Assembly (NCBI RefSeq): GCF_964355755.1
Contig: NC_092676.1
Span: forward strand, 8,099,888-8,163,887
Length of the DNA: 64,000 bases
Direction of reading: 5' to 3'
Source of the DNA: Antedon mediterranea
Lineage: Eukaryota; Animalia; Echinodermata
A program made the translations under genes and the position numbers. Below the pieces are notes generated by a model that saw only the letters and a list, made by a program, of their open reading frames with translations, did not search any database and was not told the DNA's origin. Below are positions 23,505 through 35,904 of the stretch, in pieces (the first letter of the stretch is position 1; each line of letters opens with the position of its first letter).

Positions 23505-25708
23505 TCAAATGTAGCAGTTTTGATTCATGACGCCCTCCCACGTTGGTTTGCAGTAGCACCGTACTTTGGTTCTAACATCATATCTAAAAAAAAAACAATT
23601 TAGAATATTTATGTGAAGGTATCAAAACTATAAAATAAATATGTAAAAGTTTTTTTGTTTTTTTAAATTTTGTATCATTTTTGTAACATATACATAACAA
23701 AATAACAAGTGATTTAAAAAAACAAAAAAACATAAACTATTGCATAAATTATATTGCAAGTGATGATGGTTGATAAAATAAAATTGCAAAATTGAAAAAA
23801 ATGTAAAAGTTAGATTATAGTACCAATCATAACATAATTCATTTCTCAAACAGTTTTAATAATTACTCATTCTATCCTATAAATTAAAAAAAAAAACACT
23901 GTATACTATAATGTGCTTTTCTTAAAAACGTTGTGCCCTAAAGGGTTTTAAGACAATGAGATAGATCGCCCTTACCCCATCATTGGCAGTGTATCTGGTC
24001 CAGCTTGGCTATACTGATATGGGTCAGGGGCAAAGTCTGATTCCATCTGTATCCTGGCTTGTTCTAATTCATCTTGCATTGTAAGTTGACTATCAGATGG
24101 TGCCGCCCAATAATCATTACTCTCTACCTCTTGTTCCTGCAAAAAAAATGGTATGAATAATTTAGCCTTTTCAATCAAGTAAGTAGATTACTATTATATT
24201 AAAGTATAATAAGTAATTGTTTTATTTTACTTTATGTTGGAAATTGATAGACAGTTTAATGCAGTAGTACTGTAATACTATCGATTTCTTCATGACAGAA
24301 TAGAGGGCGCTATACTGATTTTTAAAGTCATCATAACACAAATTGTACAACAAAATACAGTATGACAAAAAGAGTAACAGCCTGGCCCCTGGAGAGATTG
24401 TAATACTAACAATAATAGTAAAATGACATTCAAATACATACTGCGATAACAAAACCAAGATAATCTAACAGGACACTAAGCTCGCCTTGCCAAGATAGGA
24501 ACTCGTAACAGTCCTTTGATCTTATGTCTGGCTGCGACAAATACCAACAATACTGTACTATGTACATATCCTCCATGGCGTGTCTGTTAAAGGTTGTGGA
24601 TGATCTAATCGTGTCACAGCCACAGATAAACCCTTTGATCTCCAGAGCTCAGCATTATGTTGTTAGATTGCCTTGCAATAAATTACTAGTAACTAAAGTT
24701 GAAGTGAAGAAAATAAACTAAACATGAACGTTGTAGTTATAAACAAGGAAGTCGTACTTGTATAAATTTCAGTTGTTCTTCTAACTTTTCTGTACGTTTG
24801 ATGAGAAGTTCTCTTTGTCGTCCAAATTCCTGAGATTCTAATTTTTTTTGTGGACACATTTCAAATTGTTGAAAACTTGGTTGTTGATGTTCTATTGAAG
24901 TTGCTTCCATATCTACTGTATTATCCATCATTTCTAGGTTATTTGTGAATGACGTGTCTGTATTTACTTCCTGTTGATTTTGGTTTGGTAAAAAGCACCT
25001 TCTTTTAGCAAATGGAAACACCTGCAATTTTAAAACATAATTTATAATTTATGAATACAGTAATAATAGAAATGAATTATATATCAAATAAAAATCCAAG
25101 GGAAAATTACTAACAAAATGACAATTTTGTGGATATCAGTGGCTGGATCTCAATTGGAGATAGAAATAAAACAAGCAAAAAGTAATCAAAACGATAAAGT
25201 AATATATATATATATATCTTGCACTTATGAAGGGCTAGTGTTGCCCGAAAGCTCTGCTAATGTTTTACTTTATCGCTTTTCACTTTTTTTTTTGTATCTC
25301 CATTGAGATCCAGCCACTGATACACACAGCATTGTCATTTGTTCAGTAATTTGCCTTTGGATTTATATATATACAGTATATATGGTAATCCTGGCTTTCA
25401 GCTGGACAAATATAATCTAAATAATATTAGAGTAGAATTTATTCAATAAATTTACTAATTTTTAATTGAATTAGAATTTGTTTAAATAAACATTTGCTTT
25501 GGGTCAATTGGGCAATCATGTTATTATAGCTATACATTGTTTTTTTTAAATACCAACTTATTATGACATCACCAAATCCTACCAATGGTTCTGGTTGTAC
25601 TACTGCTGTCATTTCATCTTCGTTTTCTGTGTTTTTCCTCTTTGTACCATACACTTGGAAACATGGTTGTGATGGTAACATCCATCCTCCTAAATCTGAT
25701 ATTGGCAT
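23505..25708 (-). CDS. Uncharacterised 209-aa protein, 4 coding exons
   Basis: complement join(25708..25583,25021..24758,24136..23976,23583..23505); all GT-AG with compatible phases, 630 nt: MPISDLGGWMLPSQPCFQVYGTKRK...VFPFAKRRC...RQRELLIKRTEKLEEQLKFIQEQEVESNDYW...GYDVRTKVRCYCKPTWEGVMNQNCYI*. Acceptor at 25727; putative non-coding exon 1 ends at 26381. Confidence 0.78.
24456..24675 (-). mobile_element. P-element-like MITE (family P1), intronic copy
   Basis: CAAGATAATCTAACAGGAC...TGTTAGATTGCCTTG; same internal sequence as the other two copies; TSD not clean. Confidence 0.72.
25078..25372. mobile_element. Penelope-like terminal repeat in inverted arrangement with a degenerate hammerhead motif
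   Basis: 25078-25200 is an imperfect inverted copy of 25262-25372; between them lies GCA-CTTATGA-AGGGC..GCCC-GAAAGCTC-TGC. Partial copy at ~31040-31185. Confidence 0.6.
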
Positions 25709-26820
25709 TATGAATTGATATATTGTCTATAAAAAGAAATAAACTGTTTATGATACTTACTGTCTGTAGTAATTAAAGTAGGAAATTATACCAACTCTAA
25801 TTGAATTAATATTCTTATTATTTTGTTCTTTCTACACTAGTGACTAGCCAGGCTAGAATCATAAAATCCTAGTTAGCCAGTTAGCATGGCATATAGGCCT
25901 TGTAGGCCTATAGCCTATATAATTAAAAAATATTGCATTAAACAGTACTGCTCTGCTGTGTGTGTGTGTTAAACCTCATTAATACTAAACTTTATTTTTC
26001 AGTTTAAATTATAAAGCTTAAACTTATTATATAGCTTATTGTAGGCCCACCAAATCTGAGAGACTGAATAGGAGGTTATATATAAATATAATAATGCCGA
26101 TGCGTAGGCTAGCCTAACTAGGCCTAGGCCTATACACAACTGTACAGGACATCTTACAGAGCACACAACCACCATCACTCGCCGCCGGCTAGCACAAGAA
26201 GACAAAAACAACACGAACAAAGGGGAAACACGAGGCCTAGTTAGGCCTCTAAAGCCTCGATAAAGGAAATGAATTGACAAAATAACACATTGCTACCTAT
26301 TTATCAGTTATTACTTTAAAATATAGCTCATATTTTCATAAAACAGTTATCGGTAAATTATAATCTATAATCATACAAACCTATGTTATCTAAAAAAACA
26401 TAAATAACCGACAAATTACAGTATCCTTCGCGACAGATTTGTTCATAAACGAGCGGTTTAAAATCTGTAATTGGGAAAACCGGGAATCAATCAACCAATA
26501 GGAGGAGCAAAACGAAAGGTCAGAGTATAGGTTTAATTATGTTATGCTTCACAGAACACGAGAAAATAGAATCGCATGGAATCTTCTTTTCTTTTTTTTC
26601 GGAATTATCTTGTAAATGCTCATAAAATCTATAGCTAATAAATAACACACTTAACTCCAAAAAGAAGTAACTCGGAAACTATTAGGGGCCTACCTAGTAA
26701 AGTGGTGGAAAATCATTAATTAAATCATAATAACAACATTATATTATGGCCTATACTAATAGTACATAATAATAATATGTCTTTTTTTTATTGTGTAAAG
26801 TTTTAAATTATTGGTATTGC

Positions 26821-28562
26821 TAGGCTCGCGCTAACCGCTCGCCAATTCGCCAATGGCGACTGGAGTCTCCATTTGGCGAAAATAATTATTGCCTCGTTCG
26901 CCAAATTGGCGAAAATACATTTCCAAGCCTAGGCCTAGCCTGGTCGGCGTGACTTCTTATGGAAGCGAGAATTCGCCACACTTCGGTACTTTCTGACTCG
27001 GGTACACTTTTTACCACAACAGCATTTTATGTGACGACGTCACGATCGCCGTGTTCATTTTTTTAGTTCTGTTTAAACATGCGCAGAGCGTGCCTCGATG
27101 ACGTTTTAATGACACACAGTTAATGTGATTGGTTCGTGGCCGGTCGATCGTCGTCGACGTGATGATGAGCGAATAAAAGGGGAAGTCCCTATTCTTCGAC
27201 GTAGAAAATGAACTTCGAGAAGAAAATGTAAACAGAAACATGTGGACGAATACTTCCGTAAACGAGGCTGTTCTGTTATTTAAAAAGGGGAATTTTAAAT
27301 TTAACAAAGTAATTACCTCAATAGTATAATGTTAACATGTTTAATTTTATTTCCCTTTCGATTATTCTAACCGAAAGTTGCGCTTAATAGCTAAGAAACA
27401 ACGTATACTACAACGGCAACCCTGGCCAAAGCGCGTTTCGGCCGCCTACATAGAATGGGTTACGGCCGCTGCATAGCAAATTCAAAGTTTCTTAAATTTC
27501 TGTGGTACATTTCTTCCTAACGTACTTGTTTTATATAATAGATTGATAAATATTCCACTTATTAAATAATTTAATAAATCGGTAAAATTGACGTTTCGAA
27601 GCAAGTATTCCATGATGAGAGGCGACATTTTTCGACATGCCTCGTGTGCGGCGAATACTAGTTCAGAAAATGGAACAGTCCACTGTGCGGGGGTTATCCA
27701 ATCATTAATTAACGCGCTAATACCTAGGCGACGGTAATTTAGTAATAAGCGGAGAACTGAATCCCCCGTAAGGAAAATGGTAAACACTGATATTTATGGT
27801 AGGGATTATTTTTTTCAGTGGTTGGTCTTGTTGGCTTCTTCGCACCAGGTCCACGCAAAGTCAAATAAAACGATGTGGTTTATCAAACAGAAATATAAAT
27901 TAGCTTTAATTCATTACTAAATTAGCCAGATTTTGATGAGAAAGGCTAAAAAATTGTTATCGTTAAAATTGACATATGAGGCGGATGTACATAATAATAA
28001 TAACCGATTTACATATCAAAATAAAGAGTATTTAAAGCCTGATAACATGCAACAAAAATTACTCCACCACCTATTATGGACCTCGTGCGATCGGGTGCGA
28101 AAATGGGTAGGTGTTTTCCAAAGTTATTTTTAGCGCGCAGATTTCGGCTCGCCGGCTTTTGTACCTCATTTTTAACTCGTGTTTTCTATTAAAATATTTA
28201 ATAAACATAGATTAAAAATATATAAAAATAATCCCTTAAACAAGATCTTTCCAGGCATATAATTTTTATTCTCATGGGTTCATAAGAAATAGTATATTTT
28301 TAACTTCAAAGACACGTCACTTTTTGAAATTTCACGAACGTGTTAAAATCGCGGTAACGAAAATCAGCTTCATTGGGATAAATAATAATAATATAAATGT
28401 AAAAGAAGTAAAATAACAAATACATGCATTATTTATTTAATAAACATTTTTGCGAATTTTTATGGTTTTTTAAATTTGGCTAAAGGATTTTCAATTTGGC
28501 TAATGTTTTTCAAAACCTTTCGCCATTTTGGCGAACGAAAATTTGACCTTAGCGCGAGCGTA
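26821..28562. mobile_element. hAT-like non-autonomous transposon (~1.7 kb)
   Basis: TIR TAGGCTCGCGCTAA / TTAGCGCGAGCGTA; subterminal TTCGCCA/TGGCGAA repeats; GTATTG on both flanks (imperfect TSD); no intact ORF. Confidence 0.65.
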
Positions 28563-28653
28563 GTATTGATTGTTTTAGGTTAAGCTGATGTTTATGTTTT
28601 ATGTACAGCGCTTAGAGTTTGTTTCTGTCATTATGAAGCGCTTTATAAATTAA

Positions 28654-28696
<43 letters not shown>

Positions 28697-29122
28697 ATAA
28701 TAATTAATATTTCGATAATATTTTAATAATGTACAAACAAATATTTAATCAATGTACAACTTACAACATGGTCTTTTATTTTCCGTTTTGATACCATGTA
28801 CCATTGGCAAATATGGGAAATTTGGTGAAGACAAAAATGAATAGGCCTCTATGAATGTTTTTTTCAAATCCTCTCGGACTTTTATAAAAGATAAAGTTGC
28901 ATAAAACATGGTTTTGGCCCTGACATATCCATGGTGGTAATGATAGCTCCATATTTGACCCATCCTGTAATTGGTGAGTTACTCGCTGGTATAATAGAGA
29001 ACAAAACTACATCACTAGGCTACATATGATAGGTAGGGGAAATAATTATGATCATGTCTGAAATCTTATAGGCCTATTATAGAGGCCCGGATCGGGAGTA
29101 GGCCTATATTATTCTAATAGTA

Positions 29123-29409
29123 AGATATATATCCCCCTAAAAAAATATTTAAAAAAAATTGTTTTGTTGAATATGCCATTTTAATGTCACATAATAGTTA
29201 TATTCACTTTGACCAAAAACTGGATCGAAATGAAACAAATGTACAGTAATTGAAATAAAAAAATACCTAAATTGTCTGTCAGACAATGGTTTTTGGTTTA
29301 AATTAACCGTTTCTTTTGTCTTCTTATGAGTGAAAATATTTATTGATTCTTTCTTCCACAGAGAAGTAAATAACTTGCTTCATGTTTTTGTTGGGGGGAC
29401 GATACATCC
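29123..29409. mobile_element. Kolobok-like element, diverged copy
   Basis: Shares TTTTAATGTCACATAATAGTTA...GACCAAAAA and the GGGGGACGATACATC end with 18007-18318. Confidence 0.6.
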
Positions 29410-30131
29410 ATATACATACAATATTCTTAAAACATTATTTAAGTTCATATCTAATTGTTCTTTTGATCTATCCGATGGAACAAAGGTCTGCTTTTTATTC
29501 GTAATAATAAAGTAATACCGGAAGTATACATATATCATCAATCAATTCAACTATTATTACAAGACCCAAGTTTTTCTTTTATAATTTCCTCCCGCGCCTG
29601 CAAAAGATTGATTACACAACTCCCTGGGAGATTGAAACGTGGCTAGAATAGACCAATCAAAACGCTTGAGTACACTCCGCTGTCAACCCTCCAATATCTG
29701 ACCAATAAAAACATTTTTTATATATACATTTGGTTTCTGTTCGTCTAGAACAACAAGAATTGTAGAACCTTGCAGCTGATTTGCTATCAGTTTACACGTG
29801 GCTCAGCTTATCTCTTGTGATTAGTCAATTATTTTTCCACGCTGGCACATTGACACGAAGTATACACACACACGTATACAGAAATTGGTAAGTACGATGT
29901 TTATCTAATTCCTATATTATAAAATTAGACTGTGAAAATAAATAGCCAAGAAGGTATATACTGGCAGTTGTTCTGTAACAATCTTAAACAATATTCCAAT
30001 AGTGTAAAGACTTCCTCAAATTCGTTGACAGATACAGTTTCTGCAGGCTCACCTCAGAGAGCAAAATAATTGACATCTCAATCAAGTTGGCTCGATCGAT
30101 TTGTCCTCCTTCTTTACTACAATCAAGAAAG

Positions 30132-33100
30132 ATGAAGAGGATCATCCACCTCAGCCTAGCCTGCCTTCTAGTTTGGATGGTTTCAGCCAAGCCTGCAGAC
30201 AATCATGGTAAAGAACGTGTTAAAGACCCTAAATTAAGTCATGAAGATCATTTTGATGGTGATGGTCACAATAATGATTATGATCACGATGCATTTTTAG
30301 GAGAAGAAGAGGCAAGAACATTCGAAGATCTCAGCCCAGAAGAAAGCAAAGCCAGACTTGGGTATGTTTACTACTAGACTAATAAATATTAATAATAACT
30401 AGTATTAATATTACTAATAATAATTGATATTATACTGTAGCATGTCATATCTTAATAGCATTATTTATCACATTAACCAACCAAATGTATTTATTATTAT
30501 TATTATTATTTCTTTGTGTACTTAATGAATGAAAGCATTATAATAATCAACAATGTTGATTGCACTCTTTAACTTCATAAAGATACATTTGTTTATTGTT
30601 TATGGGTATTTAAACAATCAAAGTTCTACATTCATTCATATTCATCACTAATCATTAATTTCATTTGTTCATAATTTCTACTTAGGAATGAAGTTAAATA
30701 ATTTTGACACCAAGAAATTAATTAATAATCTTGTACACTTTCTCCACATTTAAATATTGTTGCATGGATATACAATCTATAATAATAGATTTATTATAGC
30801 ATTCATGAATTTAAATAAAAAAAACAATATAATAAGTATGTAAATGAATTGTAACTAATTTACATAATTAGACAGACAAGTTATTCTGCATGGAAAACAT
30901 ATGCTACCTGATTCTGCATTTTCATATAATGCATGTTAAACCATAAACAAAAGCTGAAATATACAACTGAACTGTATAATAATAACAAGCGCTGAACAAT
31001 CAACAGAAAATATTATATAAATATATTATTTTATAATTATTCAAAAGGCAAATTGCTGAAAAAATGTCAATACTATGGGTATCAGTGGCTGTGTATCTCA
31101 ATGGAGGAGATATAAAAATGTCAATACTGTGGGTATCAAGTTCATAAAATAAAAGAGCCAGAAAAAAAATAATTACAGAGCACTAAAGCTCTGTACTGTC
31201 TACACTACTGTATCAAACTTTCTGTGACAAAAAATATGATGTACCCATATATGGACATGATGTCACTACGATATTTGGGCACATCACACTTTTTTTGTCA
31301 AACTAAGTTTGATACTGTAGACTTAACTCTTTCACAGTGCAAGCTATTTTTTATTTAAATGGTATAAAATAATTTTAATTGCATCAATGGTTTGCTGTGA
31401 GGAAAGTACAGTATTCAGTAATAATAAACGTCTACACCCACCTATTGTATCAACCAATCAAACTATTGTTGCTATGGTTACACAGTGATCTAATTTCCCG
31501 TGGCAGGTCACTTTTAATGCCTTAAAGATTTTGCCACGTTGGCTGCTGAGGAAACAGTAGAAGGTAGTTTAATTTCTGCACAAGCAGAAGGTACTGGTAA
31601 TACAATTGTGTATAATAAGAAAAAGATAAAATTATAGTAAATAATCTTAAATAAATGAGTTAAAATTTCAAAATTATAATATTGCACACTATAGAGGTAT
31701 AAAGTTTGTGGGAAAAAGGTAATTTTATAGTCTCCATGCTACAGAATCTTTAATGATGGAATGACAATCTCTCATCCATTGTCTGCAAAATAAAGCTTTA
31801 TAAAACCAGGGGTGGATCCAGGGGGGGCGGGGGGGGGGGGGCTAATTTTTCACAAATTGTTGTAATGCAAAAGATAGGACATCAAATTAACCTCAGGCCA
31901 TCATTTCACCATTTTTTAGGCGACCAGCCCGCCCCCCCCCCCCCTTCCCTATTTCAAAATCCTAGATCCTCCACTAAAAACAGAAAGAGAATTTATTTAG
32001 TTAATTTATGCAAGCATACACTGTCACATCTTTTTTATTAATCATACATTTTTTAATGAAATTAAATATTAATAGGAATTCAAAACAAATGTGAACTGAT
32101 ACTAGCAATCTAATCTAAGTCACAGTAAGGCAGTTGAGTAAAGTACCTTAATATGACACAAAAAGAGACTGGTTATTTATGTAATTTATGCAAGCATCCA
32201 CTTGTAATAATTAATTATATATTTTTTATGAAATGAAATATGAATTCAAAACAAATTTGAACTGATAACACAAAGATAATCTTGTGTGAAAAACTACCTA
32301 CAGTAAAATAGTTGAATTAAATTTTACAGTACAGTTATGTATTATAGACTAAAAAAAAATGGTAATATATTTGTTTTTAAACATAATAAAGAATTGGTTT
32401 TTCAAAAAGAATTTCAATTTATTTAAGAATTATAATATTACATACAAAAAAAAACTATAATAATAAATATTAAAGGTAAAACCAGATTGATATAAAATAT
32501 TAAAATTTATAATTTATTTATTACTATAATCATAAAGTTGCTAATTTTATCAGTATACATCGTTTTCACTTCAGTAAAATTGTTGAAAAAATTGATAATG
32601 ATGGTGATGGCAAGTTGGATGTCCAAGAATTGAAAATATGGATTGAAAAACAACAGGTAAAATATTTAAATTATAATTAAACAGGAATTTTATCATGGGT
32701 GTGTTGCATCCTAGTGTGAACCAAACTGTAGATTTATTTGTTAGGTCCTTTTCATATTATATTCAATGAATGAATAAACATGTGATTATTTTTATCTAAC
32801 CTTATTTATAGAGGGTGACCCTAATCAGCATATGCTGACAATCAAGGGGCCCTCATGATGAGTTATGATAAGTGTCTGTGTGTGACAGTGGCTGTGTGTA
32901 TACTAGTACACCGTGGTAACCCCCTACTCTCAAAAAATGTACTAGGTTCTTTAAAATGCACATGGGCCATATGTGTACACTGGACCTACGGTTTACAGAA
33001 CGAGAAGACTCGTTTAACCATGGAGTGGGTAAAGGCTCAAACCCTTACTGATGTTATGGATAGATATTACGGTTCCTTCCACTGTCTTAACCGCTTTGCC

Positions 33101-35904
33101 ACTCACTAGTACGGTATTGTAGTGGGTTTTATATAGTCGGTTCCGAGCATATGCTTTCTCTGGCGTATTAAATCTACGAGACCGTACACTGACTGCCAAA
33201 ATGATTCCACATACAAAACTTGTATTTCTTGTAACTCAGAATTAATACAACTTTCTATCAGAATAGACCTTTCTTCTCTATTGCTTTCTACTATCATCTT
33301 ATATTCTCTTCTCCTCTTATATCTATAACATTTTACTACTTATACTTGACATGCAAATTAGGGGCTTCTGAGGAGGACCAAATGTTGCCTCCAAAAGTTT
33401 CCCACCAAAATTATACTATTCTGATTGACTCATAAATTAAGCAGACCTAGTCTGAAACATCCTTTATCTAACCACAGGAAATCAGATACATAATATTATG
33501 ACAGGTATTAATTATTATTCAATTATCATTTTATTTCAGAAATCATATGTATTTAAAGATGTTGACGCACAATGGGCAGGCCACAATGTAGATGGCGATG
33601 ATATAATTACATTTGATGAATATAACAAAACATCATACAGTGGCTTACCTGGTAAGAACAATTAATTTTAAAGCTTAAATTATTTAAATGTGTTTATTAC
33701 TATTATTAGGCCTTTTACCTGGTAAACTCAAAGTTTTCCACTTTTTAGGTAAAGTTGTGTTACTGGATAATTACATGTTCTACAGTAAAGTCATGTGATC
33801 CTCAAATGGACAGCCTCTGCCAACTTAAGACATACTGTATCAATTCTGTGTTTCGTTTTTTAAGAATTGATATAAATAGATTAATTATAATTAACAGAGG
33901 AAATACTTCAGTACACCTTTTCCTATATAGAAAATGTAATGGTTTTAAATTTATAATTATATAGGGCAAAATACAAATAGTCTCTATGCGCTGTGTAAAA
34001 AAGTGTAAAAAATGAAAATGTTGATGTATATAATAAACATGTATTCTGTGTAGTATTGACAAAGATTGTTTTACTTTTAACAGAGGAAGAACTATTGAAA
34101 CTTGATGAAGCCGAGCAGATTGACTTCAGAGAAATGATCAAAAGAGACAAAAGGAGATGGGTTGGCGCTGATACCAGTAGGGACGGAAGCTTAAACAAAG
34201 AAGAGTTTTCTGCATTCCTTCATCCTGAGGAGTTTGATCACATGCGAGATGTTGTCATTGATGAGACAATGGACGATATTGATAAAGACAATGATGGATA
34301 TGTCTCGCTTGAAGAATATATTGGTAAGACTTTCATTTCTTCCCTGATAAATGCTCTGCTACAGATTATTTTAAGCAGCCAGGTACAAATGGTCACCAAT
34401 GCCTCAAGGACTCTTCATTTTAGCTTAAAGCTCTGTCTACACTATCAAACTTTATGTGACAAAAAAATGTGATGTGCCCATGGACATGATGATGTCATAT
34501 CATTACCATATTTTGGCATATCACCACCATATTTGAGCACATTACACTTTTTTTGTCAAACTAGTTTGATAGTGTAGACAGAGCTTTTTATTTTGTGGTG
34601 TAAAAACACATTAATATATTTTATGACCTACAGGCGATATGTTTGTGTCTCAAAACGGAGAAGACGAACCAGATTGGGTAAAGACAGAACGTGAACAATT
34701 TGGAGAGTACCGTGACAAGAACAACGATGGAATCATGGACAGGGCCGAAGTTGGTGACTGGATTATGCCCAGAGACTACGACCATGCTGAAGCAGAAGCA
34801 AGGCATTTAGTACATGAGTCAGACAAAGATAATGTAAGTCATTTATTCATCACCAGTGTAGAAAATTTTCTCCAGGCCGTAGCTACCAGTACGGTTGGTA
34901 CAGTTTCCAACTGACCACTTTTTAACTCTAAGGCCCTTCACAACCCTGTGGCTCACACAAGTGCTTGTTCCCTCTCGTTGTGACCACCGCACTAATTAAT
35001 TCTCGTGGCTACGACAATGCTTATTGTTGTCTTGTCTTTTTCTTTTTGAGTATGTTATGCACACTTCATAGGCAGACATCCAACCCCCCACCCCACCACT
35101 TCCTTCACTAAATTTAGATAATTTCAATGCGAAGGCAAGACACTTTTAACAATTGTTAGGCCCTATTTCGAAATCCTGGATCTGCCAATGTACTTTATGA
35201 ATCTAAGACCAAAGGCTTAACACTCCATCTGAAGGGTGTAAAATTAAAGACAGACGACCATACTTGTAGTCAGTTGGCAGAAGTTCTATTTAGCTTTGGC
35301 TTTCAAGGCCACAGTGAGAGGTTAAAAACAGACAAGGCAAATTTACTTTGAATATAATTATAAACAAGGTTATATGAATGATAATGCATATAGCCTAAAT
35401 ATGACGATCTGTGCTGTGGATTTGGGGTGGGTGGTGAAAATTGAGTGCCTCGTCTGCCTCTTGCTGGCTATGGCCCTGGTTTTGGAATGGTTTTGCACAA
35501 TATACTGTATGTTGGAACTATACTGTACAACCCCATACATGTTTTTACTGCATACTTAAGCGTGGTTCCCACTAGCGACGCAACACAAGGACGTAACGCA
35601 ACGCTTGTTCGCTTGTGATTGCTAACGGTCTATAACTTCGCTTGTCATTGGTTAAAACGCTTGCGTTGCGTTTACGTCCTTGCGTTACGTTCTAGTGGGA
35701 ACCAAGCTTTATAGAATAAACTCAATAGTTTAACAGTCTTCACTCTCATTATTTAAACATAATCAGTGCATTTATTGGTTTACTTTTGTTTATTTCCAGG
35801 ATAAGAAACTGACCAAACAAGAAATTATGGATCAGTATGATCTTTTTGTCGGCAGCCAAGTCACAGATTTTGGAGAAGCTCTTATCAAGCACGATGAGTT
35901 TTAA
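30132..35904 (+). CDS. CALU: Calumenin (CREC family multi-EF-hand secretory-pathway protein), 322 aa
   Basis: join(30132..30361,32575..32656,33540..33651,34084..34323,34634..34833,35800..35904); signal peptide [47 protein letters not shown], multiple EF-hand loops, [13 protein letters not shown] and C-terminal HDEF*. Non-coding exon 1 ends at 29887 (TTG|GTAAGT). Confidence 0.95.
31187..31323. mobile_element. MITE family A copy
   Basis: Family A left TIR and core; right end eroded. Confidence 0.75.
31806..31976. mobile_element. hAT-like MITE (CAGGGGTGGATCCAG...GATCCTCCACT)
   Basis: Short TIRs with internal G and C runs; related copies at ~5694-5835 and ~35067-35190 share TTTC(A/G)AAATCC.(A/G)GATC. 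Confidence 0.6.
32787..32996 (-). mobile_element. SINE with Deu-like core
   Basis: Reverse complement of 14515-14727, with the same 3' tail. Confidence 0.7.
34429..34585. mobile_element. MITE family A copy
   Basis: Near-perfect TIRs AGCTCTGTCTACACTATCAAACT / AGTTTGATAGTGTAGACAGAGCT. Confidence 0.88.
35559..35708 (+). mobile_element. MITE family B (Harbinger-like) copy with internal deletion
   Basis: AGCGTGGTTCCCACTAG...CTAGTGGGAACCAAGCT; TTA on both sides; nearly identical to 51950-52128 apart from a ~29-bp deletion. Confidence 0.88.

Noticed and set aside
29825-29841. Canonical ERSE (CCAAT-N9-CCACG)
   Set aside because: The sequence is TCAAT-N7-CCACG, so both the first base and the spacing are wrong.
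30362-32574. Mutually exclusive alternative exon as in vertebrate calumenin
   Set aside because: No second EF-hand-coding exon seen in this intron by eye.
33366-33400. Second Penelope-type hammerhead (CTGAGGA...CCTCCAAAAG)
   Set aside because: The GAAA core is absent and the stems are ambiguous; at most a decayed relic.
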